Assembly (NCBI GenBank): GCA_018304505.1
Contig: JAGVWA010000018.1
Location: 1-53,203 of the forward strand
Source: Nanobdellati archaeon
GTDB taxonomy: Archaea > B1Sed10-29 > JAGVWA01
Direction of reading: 5' to 3'
Length of the DNA stretch: 53,203 nucleotides
This document shows positions 45,285 through 53,203 of the stretch, in pieces. Both the position numbers and the translations under genes were made by a program. Each line of letters opens with the position of its first letter. Position 1 is the stretch's first letter. The notes below the pieces were generated by a model. It worked only from the letters and a program-made list of their open reading frames with translations, had not been told where the DNA came from and did not search any database.

Positions 45285-47153
45285 TCAGTGCTCGATTTGT
45301 TCAAAGTAGCCCTTCTTAGTCGGTACCTTCTTCACAAACAAATCGTAGTACGCGTTGGCATATTCAATGAACACCCTGACGTGCCCCAGTTGATGAAATC
45401 TCCGGGGAGAGCTGTACACCTGCATGTACGGATCAACGTTCAGCTTGCCGTGCTTTTTAATCCGCAGCCCCAAATCAAGGTCTTCCAACGGGCCTAGCTG
45501 CTCGTCAAAGCCTGCTTCCTTTTCATAAACCGTCTTCAGGTATGCGCAGTTGTTGCCTATGAACTGGTAGAACTTGATTTGCTTAGTCATCCTGAACATC
45601 AGGTTGTTGGTCGTGTAATACAAAACATCATCACTCAAGTCGCCTTTCCACGGCGCGACGACGCCGCCTACCCCAACGAAGCCTTTTTTGAAGTTTTCGT
45701 TGATGCGCTCCAGCCAGTCTTTTTTAGGTATTGTGTCCCCGTCAATAAATGCCACAACCTGACCTGTCGCTATTTTCGCGCCTAAGTTGCGTGCAGCAGC
45801 AGCCCCTTGCTTTTCATCCAAGACTACCTTGTCAGCGTGCTGTTTCGCGATTTCAATTGTCTTGTCATTTGAGTGCGCGTCAACAACAATTATCTCGTGC
45901 GCAGGATAAGTCTGTTCCTTAAGCGATTCAAGGCACCGCTTTATTGTCCTCTCCTCGTTCATTGTAGGCACTATAACTGAAATCTTGAAGTCAGTGCCGT
46001 AAGCGTATTCATTAGCCGGCTTGATTGGCTTGTATTTGAAGTGCGTGCTAATGAATTCCGTGTCATGACCTTCAATCGTGCTATAGTACAGCTCTTCAAG
46101 CTGCTTCGTCATCTTTGGAACAGTGTACTTCTTCGCAGTTTCCCTGGCGTTTTTCTTCATCAGGGTTTTGATTTTCTTCACCTTCCTTGCCAGGTCCTCA
46201 GGATCGTCTGGCTTGAATGTGTATCCATTGTAGCCGTTTTTTACCGCGTCTGGTAATGCCAGTGCGTTTGCGACCACAACCGGTGTGCCACAGGCCATGG
46301 CTTCTATTGCCACAAGCCCCTGTGTTTCGGTTTTCGATGCTGAAATGAAAACGTCTGCTGCGCTGAAGTACAGCCTTTTCTGCTCGTCAGTGACAAAGCC
46401 AGTGAAAACAATCCGTGGATCCTTGCTACGCTTTTTCAGTTCATCGAGCAGTGGGCCTTTTCCAACTATGAACAGCACTGAATCGCCATCAAGGAAACCA
46501 TTTGCAGCATCAAGTACTATGTCTATTGATTTTTCCTTCGATATCCTACCAAGGTAGAGATAAACGTGCTTTTGCGTTATCCCAAGTTGCTTTCTCGCTT
46601 CCTTTTGCGAAACGCCCTTGAAATCCCCAGAGATCCCTGATGGCAACACCGCTATTGGTTTTTTAACCCTGCTGAGATATTGCTTGATTGATTCGCTCGG
46701 CACAATGACGCGGTCATAGTTGTTGAAGTGCTTGTTCACGTAGGCATCGGCGATCTTTCTAAGCGCAGGCTTGGCTCGCGGAGACACGTAATGCGTGTAC
46801 TCTTGCATCACCGTGTGATATGTCCCAATGGCAGGGATGTTGCGCCTTTTCGCTACCCTCAATGCAAAGACGCCGAACGTAAATGGAGAATGCGAGTGAA
46901 CAATGTCTAGGTCAGCAACAGAGCTGGTCTTCAGCGGAAAGCCGACCTTGTATTCCGGATACGGCCTGAATGTAATCGACGGATAATCATGCACCATCAT
47001 GCCATGGTCTTGTTTCACGTTGCTTTTTGGGCAATACACATAGACTTCATGACCCCTGTTAACTAGTTCCTGGCCAAAGCCCTGCATTGACGTGACCACG
47101 CCGTTTATCTGCGGAAGGAATGTGTCCGAGAAAAACCCTATCTTCATGCCCAT
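45285..47153 (-). CDS. GT4-GT2 fusion glycosyltransferase
   Basis: N-part DTFLPQINGV, ETQGLV..EAMACG; C-part SVIVPTMNEE, VVD..S.D.T, ARN.GA, FIDGD, EDLDL. Confidence 0.9.
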   Translation of the reverse strand: MGMKIGFFSDTFLPQINGVVTSMQGFGQELVNRGHEVYVYCPKSNVKQDHGMMVHDYPSITFRPYPEYKVGFPLKTSSVADLDIVHSHSPFTFGVFALRVAKRRNIPAIGTYHTVMQEYTHYVSPRAKPALRKIADAYVNKHFNNYDRVIVPSESIKQYLSRVKKPIAVLPSGISGDFKGVSQKEARKQLGITQKHVYLYLGRISKEKSIDIVLDAANGFLDGDSVLFIVGKGPLLDELKKRSKDPRIVFTGFVTDEQKRLYFSAADVFISASKTETQGLVAIEAMACGTPVVVANALALPDAVKNGYNGYTFKPDDPEDLARKVKKIKTLMKKNARETAKKYTVPKMTKQLEELYYSTIEGHDTEFISTHFKYKPIKPANEYAYGTDFKISVIVPTMNEERTIKRCLESLKEQTYPAHEIIVVDAHSNDKTIEIAKQHADKVVLDEKQGAAAARNLGAKIATGQVVAFIDGDTIPKKDWLERINENFKKGFVGVGGVVAPWKGDLSDDVLYYTTNNLMFRMTKQIKFYQFIGNNCAYLKTVYEKEAGFDEQLGPLEDLDLGLRIKKHGKLNVDPYMQVYSSPRRFHQLGHVRVFIEYANAYYDLFVKKVPTKKGYFEQIEH

Positions 47154-47206
47154 GTTGTATGTATGTACCGTTATGCTTTATAAGCTTGGTTTTTCTTTAA
47201 AACACA

Positions 47207-47686
47207 ATGAGGCTAAAGCAAGCATTGGAGAAGATCAAAGGCAACAAGGAAATAAAGGCCCTGGAGAACCAGGGGTACTTTTTGAATTCGTGCATCGCCA
47301 TGATGAAATACAGCGACGCAGAGCCTGAATCATGGACCCTTACTTATTTCAGCAATGCTACTGAGCTGGTTTCAGCAGTCAACGTCAACAACGGGGTTGA
47401 TGTAAAACAACCTGCAAGAGCCACGTCGAAGACAACAAGAAAACTGGACTTGAAGCAAGTGAAGGTCTTTGACAAAAACGTTCTAGAGAAGTCCAAGCAG
47501 GCTTTTGAAAAGGGGTTCAGGACCTCATCGAAACAGATAATCCTTACCTTAAGCCACACTGGGAACAGGCTGTTATGGAGCGCGAATTTTGTTACCCCAA
47601 ATCTAGAACTCGTTATAATCAAAACAGATGCAGAAACAGGCGAGGCCATCTCAAAGACAAAAGAGAGCCTCACCGCCCCCGTGTAG
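47207..47686 (+). CDS. Hypothetical protein (PepSY-like pattern)
   Basis: W...YF, W...FV, DAETGE motif. Confidence 0.6.
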   Translation: MRLKQALEKIKGNKEIKALENQGYFLNSCIAMMKYSDAEPESWTLTYFSNATELVSAVNVNNGVDVKQPARATSKTTRKLDLKQVKVFDKNVLEKSKQAFEKGFRTSSKQIILTLSHTGNRLLWSANFVTPNLELVIIKTDAETGEAISKTKESLTAPV

Positions 47687-47693
47687 CGATTGT

Positions 47694-48098
47694 TTAGCGC
47701 GTAGCTGGCTTGCTGAACTTGGCTTCAAGGTCGCGCTTTATTGACTCTGCGTCTTTGATGATGACGTCCATGTGCGCGTTTAGCCTGTCCTTTTCCTTCT
47801 GTAGCTCCTTGACTTGCTTGTAAGGCTTTACAGCCTCTTCAAACATCCTGTAGTCCATTGTCGAGTACGGGTTCTTGTCCATTTCCTGCGAAACATTCTC
47901 AACTAGCTCCCCAAGGAACTTGTTCATGCCGACCTTTACGTCTTTCTTGATCTGCTTGTTCTTGTCGATGTACTTCTTCATTTCCCTGACAACTGCGGCT
48001 GTTGGAAATGGAAGCCTTTGCTCCGCGTCAAGCGCTTCGTCTTCCACTTCTTCTTCCACTTCTTCCTCATGTGTAAGCTGTACTTCTTCGTCTGCCAT
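47694..48098 (-). CDS. Histone-fold protein with acidic N-tail and coiled-coil C-extension
   Basis: LPFP.A.VVR.MK, I.KDVK..MN.FL, T.DY.MF.EA pattern. Confidence 0.7.
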   Translation of the reverse strand: MADEEVQLTHEEEVEEEVEDEALDAEQRLPFPTAAVVREMKKYIDKNKQIKKDVKVGMNKFLGELVENVSQEMDKNPYSTMDYRMFEEAVKPYKQVKELQKEKDRLNAHMDVIIKDAESIKRDLEAKFSKPATR

Positions 48099-48221
48099 AA
48101 CCCTATCTCACCTTCTCAGCGTTTTTCTTTCCTTTCTATAATTAGCCCTAAGTGATCTCGTGGCCATAGAAATTCGTGTACTAAATATGAAGTTTAGTGA
48201 ATATAAAGGTTTTGCGCATGC

Positions 48222-48636
48222 TCAGAATTCCCTGTAAAAGAGGTTTACAAAGTCCCTTGTTTTTAGAATTGGAAGTGATTTTTGCTTGTCAAAATGCTTA
48301 TCCTCAGACCAAATCACTGCATCCCCCTGACTTAAGGCTGCAGCAATAAATGTAACATCTTCGGGGTCTATATGCTCCATTATCCGCTTTGCATTTTCCC
48401 AATGGAACATCACTTCCTCTGTTGGGATCAAACGAATGAACTTAAATAGATTATTCAGGATCAAGGAATACTCTGCCTCAGAGAGCCCTGACTTTTTAAT
48501 AACCATATTTTCTAATCGTGTGCAAGGAAGGTTCTGGAAAGCAGAAGTCCTGTTCGGTTTTTAGAATGATTTCCCGGGTTGTTGAATCCTTGATTAACGC
48601 GGATAGTATGACATTAACGTCAACAATAACGATCAT
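48222..48636 (-). pseudogene. PIN-domain toxin, frameshifted near 48505
   Basis: MIVIVDVNVILSALIKDS...IRKY then stop; continues in another frame as VIKKSGLS...DPEDV.F.A.AL..IWSEDKHF. Confidence 0.85.
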
Positions 48637-48866
48637 CGCTTGTTCAGCTCTTTGAATGTCTCTGCCTTGATCTTGCGAGACAATTCATCAACGTCCTTCT
48701 GCGTCAACTTGCTCTTCTTAGCGATTTTGTCCATCGAATCTAAAAGCTCGACCTTCTGTGTTATTGTTTTTCTGACAACCTCACTCCATCGGATTTCAGA
48801 GTGTGCCCTCATCCTTTCCTGTAATTCATTTGGCAATGCAAGTGTAATGTTACCCATTCCGTTCAC
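48633..48866 (-). CDS. RHH/CopG-type antitoxin
   Basis: NITL.LP.EL...M..H.EI.WSEV.R; ATGA overlap with the PIN gene. Confidence 0.85.
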   Translation of the reverse strand: MNGMGNITLALPNELQERMRAHSEIRWSEVVRKTITQKVELLDSMDKIAKKSKLTQKDVDELSRKIKAETFKELNKR

Positions 48867-48910
48867 CTGTGAATTAATGTGTTTTCACATATATAATACT
48901 TTGCGCATGC

Positions 48911-49138
48911 TCAGGTAGTACTGATCTCCAGATACGCCTTGTATCCATTCTCGCTGCAAATGTCATGTACCCGCTCTTCCACGAAGCTCTGCAAATGCTT
49001 GCAGTGTGAGAAATCAAGCACGACAAAGACATGCTTGTTTTCCTCATTCAATTCTATGCTTTTCAGGATGCCGAGCTGTGAAATTGAGTCGCCGTTGATG
49101 TCCTGTATGCTATTGAGTTCATCATTAATGTTTGCCAT
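48911..49138 (-). CDS. Minimal DUF59/MIP18-like protein
   Basis: L..I.D..G.SI.QLGI...I, conserved-type Cys. Confidence 0.55.
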   Translation of the reverse strand: MANINDELNSIQDINGDSISQLGILKSIELNEENKHVFVVLDFSHCKHLQSFVEERVHDICSENGYKAYLEISTT

Positions 49139-49234
49139 TAACTATAGCTAGTGAAGGAAGCTTTAAAAACGCTCGCATCCGAGGGCGAAACCACTGGAAA
49201 AGAAGTTATAAAACGTTTTGAAAAGCAGAAATGA

Positions 49235-49672
49235 TTATTCCTGTTTCCAATAATCGTCGCCAACATAATGCAAATTCCTAAGGACCTTGCCTTGCGTCAT
49301 CTGCTTCATTTCCCCAGACGAAAACAGGGCTTGGCATATGGCCAACGGCTTCTGGTTTTTTTCATCAACCACAACAACCAGCGCGCCTTTTTCAAACTCA
49401 TCTATTTTCGTAATGCCTGGCCGCATCACATCGGCGCCTTTGGCAACGAACTTCACCGCACCCATGTCGACGGTAACTAGAGGCAGGCCGCTCTCGGTTT
49501 TCAATGAAGGCACCATGATGTCTTGCTTTTCAATAAGCACAAGCTTCTTGTCTACAAAATACAACTTTTTATTATCGGCTTCCTGCACTTCTATGCGCGA
49601 TTTCCTGCCAATAAACCCGTACTGCTCTGCAAGTTTTTTGACTTCCTTTCCACTCAGCTGGTACTGCTTCAT
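49235..49672 (-). CDS. PUA-domain RNA-binding protein (MCT-1/Tma20-like)
   Basis: VDMGAVKFV.KGADVMRPGI, GKV..NLHYVGD. Confidence 0.92.
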   Translation of the reverse strand: MKQYQLSGKEVKKLAEQYGFIGRKSRIEVQEADNKKLYFVDKKLVLIEKQDIMVPSLKTESGLPLVTVDMGAVKFVAKGADVMRPGITKIDEFEKGALVVVVDEKNQKPLAICQALFSSGEMKQMTQGKVLRNLHYVGDDYWKQE

Positions 49673-49723
49673 TCAATCGGGTTAGCCAGGCAAGTTATTT
49701 AAAGCCACGCCCCCTCTCAATAA

Positions 49724-50611
49724 ATGATGAAAATCATTATCGCCCTTGGCGGCAACGCCATGATCCTGCCAAAAGAACGCGGAAGCAAAGAGGAACAAGT
49801 GAAGCACATTCGTTACACCGCAAAGAGGCTTGAGTCACTGGTAGACAGAAACCAGTGCGTTATTACCCACGGCAACGGCCCCCAAGTAGGAAACCTGATG
49901 ATACAACAGGAAGCCACAGGCGAGGTACCAAAGATGCCCCTGGATGTGCTTGTAGCCGAAACGCAAGGCGAATTGGGGTACATGCTGCAACAGGAGTTCG
50001 ACAATGCGTTCGACAAGGACGTCATTACAATAGTAACGCAGGTTGTTGTTGACAAAAACGACGCGGCTTTCCAGAACCCGACAAAGCCCGTAGGCCCATT
50101 CTTCAAAGAACCAAAATCGGGATACAAAGAGGACGCCGGCAGGGGCTACAGGAAGGTAGTCTCATCACCAATGCCGCTTGAGGTGCTTGAGGCTGAGCAG
50201 ATCAACAGCCTCATTTCAGACAACGCCTGCGTCATCGCCTGCGGAGGCGGAGGAATTCCGGTTGTTCAAATAGCGCCGGGGAAACACGAAGGTGTCGAGG
50301 CCGTGATCGACAAGGACCTGGCGTCGCAAGTCCTGGGCAACCAGATCGGTGCAGACCTACTAATAATACTAACTACGGTGCCTTACGCATACCTAAACTT
50401 TGGCAAAACAAATCAGAAGCAGATCGAAAAAATGACCATAGACGAGGCCAAAAAATACCTCGAAAAGGGTGAATTTGCAGAGGGCAGCATGGCCCCAAAA
50501 ATCAGGGCGTCAATAAGGTTCCTGGAAAACGGGGGCAGGAAGGTCATAATTACTGACATTGACACGCTGGACCCGGCACTGAAACTCGAAGCTGGAACGA
50601 TAATTGAGTAG
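49724..50611 (+). CDS. arcC: Carbamate kinase
   Basis: ALGGNA, THGNGPQVG, NPTKP.GP, GGGGIPV, EAVIDKD, GSM.PK. Confidence 0.96.
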   Translation: MMKIIIALGGNAMILPKERGSKEEQVKHIRYTAKRLESLVDRNQCVITHGNGPQVGNLMIQQEATGEVPKMPLDVLVAETQGELGYMLQQEFDNAFDKDVITIVTQVVVDKNDAAFQNPTKPVGPFFKEPKSGYKEDAGRGYRKVVSSPMPLEVLEAEQINSLISDNACVIACGGGGIPVVQIAPGKHEGVEAVIDKDLASQVLGNQIGADLLIILTTVPYAYLNFGKTNQKQIEKMTIDEAKKYLEKGEFAEGSMAPKIRASIRFLENGGRKVIITDIDTLDPALKLEAGTIIE

Positions 50612-50666
50612 TTATGTTACCAGATAGTTATGTTTAGATATATGTTTAAATATATGTTTAAACATA
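50610..50666. promoter_or_regulatory. TATGTT repeat array and palindrome TATGTTTAAACATA, likely vapBC operator/promoter
   Basis: 12-bp-period repeats ending 8 nt before the antitoxin ATG. Confidence 0.6.
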
Positions 50667-50674
50667 GTCTTTGC

Positions 50675-50920
50675 ATGGCATTTAAAACAATAACCATCAA
50701 AGAAAGCGTCTACAATGAACTTTTCAACTTCAAATACCCCTCAGAGAGTTTTAGCGAGCTTTTCGAGCGCTTCCTACACAAGAAAAAATTGGACGTGCAC
50801 CGATTCTATGGGGCTTGGAAATTGACAAAAAAGAAATCAGCAAAGATAGACTCAGAATTAAAAAAGATGCGCGTTGAAGCAGAGAGGGGCTTCAAGAGGA
50901 GAACCAATGAAAGTTCTTGA
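50675..50920 (+). CDS. vapB: VapB-type (DUF217) antitoxin
   Basis: KTITI.E.VY..L...K...ESFSEL, FYGAW. Confidence 0.87.
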   Translation: MAFKTITIKESVYNELFNFKYPSESFSELFERFLHKKKLDVHRFYGAWKLTKKKSAKIDSELKKMRVEAERGFKRRTNESS

Positions 50921-51302
50921 CTCCGACCTTTTAATCGGCATAATGAAAAAAAATTCAGACGCCTTTGATTGGTTTGAAGCTTCAAAAAATAGCAGGGAGG
51001 ACCTTGCGACAACTGCCCTAAACGCCCAGGAACTGTTGTATGGCTCATTGCTAACTATAAATCCATCTGAAGGCTACAGATTAACAGCTGAATTCATTAA
51101 AAGCCTCAGCATCCTAGATCTTGACCTTGAATCTGCAGAATTATCATCAAGACTTAGATCAGAACTGAAAAAAAAGGGGCAATCAATCGGTATCATGGAT
51201 GAGATGATTGCAGGCATTTGTTTACGAAATGATGCTTCGATTGTGACACGCAACACTAAACACTTTTCACGGGTAGGTGGTCTAGATGTCGAGAAATGGT
51301 AA
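50907..51302 (+). CDS. vapC: VapC PIN toxin
   Basis: LDSD.LI, EL..G, D.MIAGI, VTRN.KHF.RV.GL. Confidence 0.92.
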   Translation: MKVLDSDLLIGIMKKNSDAFDWFEASKNSREDLATTALNAQELLYGSLLTINPSEGYRLTAEFIKSLSILDLDLESAELSSRLRSELKKKGQSIGIMDEMIAGICLRNDASIVTRNTKHFSRVGGLDVEKW

Positions 51303-51415
51303 AATGAAGAAGAAAGTTGGTGCTGAATTTGGGCGCCTAGAGAATTTATCCGCCATAAACAGACAAAATATAAAATGGCGGATTATGTCCGACAAATAAA
51401 ATTGGAGCGCAATAC

Positions 51416-52756
51416 ATGGAAAAACACAAGCCTAAAAAAGTAATAATAATGGGGGCTGCGGGCAGGGACTTCCACAATTTCCTGAGGTTCTACAAAGACA
51501 ACCCAAACTACGACGTGGTTGCGTTTACGGCGACGCAGATCAGCGGCATCGAGAAAAGAAAGTTTCCAAAACAGCTTGCTGGCAAGCTGTACAAGCGCGA
51601 CATTCCAATTTACCCCGAAGCCAAATTAGGGGAACTGATAAAAAAGCACGGCATTCATGAAGTGGTGTTCGCGTACAGCGACGTCTCATACACATACGTG
51701 GCTGAGAAATCGGCAGTGGTGAACGCTGCCGGAGCTGATTTTATTTTGATGGGGCCAAACACAACGATGATAAAGGCGCGCAAGCCCGTGATTTCGGTGT
51801 GCGCCGTGCGCACTGGCAGCGGTAAATCGCAGACATCCAGATACATTGTTGGGATACTGAAAAAGCTCGGAAAGAAATCAGTCATCATTAGGCACCCGAT
51901 GCCCTACGGCGACCTCATTAAACAGGAAGTGCAGCGCTTTTCCTCATTAAGCGACTTGGAAAAACACAATGCTACGATAGAGGAACGCGAGGACTACGAG
52001 CACCACATCCGCGCAGGCACTGTGGTTTACGCAGGTGTTGACTATGAAAAGATCCTGAAACAGGCAGAGAAGGAGGCAGACGTGATTGTGTGGGACGGCG
52101 GAAACAACGACTTCCCGTTTTACAAGCCAGACTTGCATGTTGTGGTTGCAGACCCGTTAAGGCCAGGCCATGAATTAACTCATTATCCTGGATCAGTGAA
52201 TGCACGCATGGCTGACGTTGTCGTGATTAACAAGGAAAACAGCGCGCGCAAGGGCGACATTGAAACTGTTGTAGGGAACATCAGGTCAGTAAACCAAAAA
52301 GCGCTGGTGGTGCACGCTGACTCTTTAGTCAAAATTGAAAAACCAAATGAGGTAAAGGGCAAGCGCGTGCTTATTGTCGAAGATGGCCCAACAATGACGC
52401 ATGGCAACATGAGTCATGGTGCGGGCTACGTCATTGCAAAGCAGCTTGGCTGTAAAATAGTTGACCCAAGAAAGCACGCCGCGGGAAGCATAAAAGAAAC
52501 CTTCAGGAAATTCACGCACCTAAAAGAGGTTTTGCCTGCCATGGGCTACTCTAAAAGACAATTAAAGGAACTCGAAGCCACTATCAACGCCGCGCCTTGC
52601 GATGCCGTCATTATTGGAACGCCTATTGACTTATCCTTGTTCATGAACATCGACAAGCCGAGCTACAAGGTCTCGTATGAATTGAAGGAGAAAAAACCAG
52701 GATTGCTTGAAAGATCAATAGTATCAACACTGGCTGTGGTTTCAAAAAAGGCTTAG
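51416..52756 (+). CDS. arcE: COG2403 P-loop protein (cDPGS-like), probable arginine synthetase ArcE
   Basis: MGAAGRDFHNF, AVRTG.GKSQ, RHPMPYG, T.EERE.YE, WDGGNND, EDGPT.THG; near arcC. Confidence 0.8.
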   Translation: MEKHKPKKVIIMGAAGRDFHNFLRFYKDNPNYDVVAFTATQISGIEKRKFPKQLAGKLYKRDIPIYPEAKLGELIKKHGIHEVVFAYSDVSYTYVAEKSAVVNAAGADFILMGPNTTMIKARKPVISVCAVRTGSGKSQTSRYIVGILKKLGKKSVIIRHPMPYGDLIKQEVQRFSSLSDLEKHNATIEEREDYEHHIRAGTVVYAGVDYEKILKQAEKEADVIVWDGGNNDFPFYKPDLHVVVADPLRPGHELTHYPGSVNARMADVVVINKENSARKGDIETVVGNIRSVNQKALVVHADSLVKIEKPNEVKGKRVLIVEDGPTMTHGNMSHGAGYVIAKQLGCKIVDPRKHAAGSIKETFRKFTHLKEVLPAMGYSKRQLKELEATINAAPCDAVIIGTPIDLSLFMNIDKPSYKVSYELKEKKPGLLERSIVSTLAVVSKKA

Positions 52757-53035
52757 TATAAAACCAACCAGGACTACAAGAAAAAAGAGGACGATGAAAA
52801 CCATTACCATGTCTGCCATGCTCTGCTCGCTAGCAGCGATTTCCTCCTTGCTGGCCTCGTAAGGCGCGTTTTCAATCGGCACCCTCCGGCCATCTTGGGT
52901 GTACCCATATCTTGTCTGCAGAAATCGAATGTAAGCGCCCCCAAAGAGCCTGCCCCAGCGGGCCCTTCGAGTCCTTTTCTTGGCGTCCTTGGTTTTGCGT
53001 TTGGACGCCCTGATTGCTTCCTTCATCCCTGGCAC
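52742..53035 (-). CDS. Tail-anchored hypothetical membrane protein
   Basis: Basic N-terminus, C-terminal TM; GGTGA SD. Confidence 0.6.
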   Translation of the reverse strand: MPGMKEAIRASKRKTKDAKKRTRRARWGRLFGGAYIRFLQTRYGYTQDGRRVPIENAPYEASKEEIAASEQSMADMVMVFIVLFFLVVLVGFILSLF

Positions 53036-53045
53036 TGGCTCACCT

Positions 53046-53203
53046 TCAGAAGAACACTTTCAAGATGGCTCCAATAATCAGTACTGCGAGGACAATAATT
53101 AAGATAATAATCATGCTTTCCTTGCCAAGGTACCTCGGCTCCTTGGCGCCATGAAGGTAGGCGGCTTCGCGTGCTTTTGATTCTGCAAGTTTCTCCTTGA
53201 ATT
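53046..53203 (-). CDS. Tail-anchored membrane protein, truncated by window end
   Basis: ...FKEKLAESKAREAAYLHGAKEPRYLGKESMIIILIIIVLAVLIIGAILKVFF stop. Confidence 0.6.
   Translation of the reverse strand, partial: FKEKLAESKAREAAYLHGAKEPRYLGKESMIIILIIVLAVLIIGAILKVFF

Noticed and set aside
50630-50674. N-terminal extension MFRYMFKYMFKH of VapB
   Set aside because: It is a translation of the operator repeats, and the real start is ATG 50675.
51304-51399. Arg-sensing leader peptide before arcE
   Set aside because: The 31-aa ORF has only three scattered Arg codons and no run.

Overview
Archaeal chromosomal segment, probably from a DPANN-type lineage (inferred from compact genes, TFB/Gar1, thermosome, exosome superoperon and non-canonical tRNA introns). 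It is mostly housekeeping: four aminoacyl-tRNA synthetases (cysS, ileS, valS, proS), trm1, rnhB, thermosome, aIF5A, MinD, LSm, rpl10e, the rpl15e-RNase P-psmA-exosome-rpoP-pfdB superoperon, two PRC-barrel genes, TFB, FEN1, glycosyltransferases, three classical TA loci (two with broken toxins) plus an HTH-PIN pair, and carbamate kinase plus an ArcE-like arginine synthetase. There are three tRNA genes: Ala(GGC), Ser(UGA) with a D-loop 15/16 intron, and Cys(GCA) with two introns. The main finding is two unannotated amino-acid-specific leader peptides. MINQRTCCCCTQTR precedes tRNA-Cys-GNAT-cysS, and MRLMYYLTKVIIEIISLPQPVVVISK precedes valS-ileS. Both overlap mutually exclusive RNA hairpins, which suggests ribosome-mediated attenuation of synthetase operons in an archaeon. 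The Cys leader also carries a segment complementary to the 5' exon of the tRNA. All structures were paired by eye and no database searches were run.
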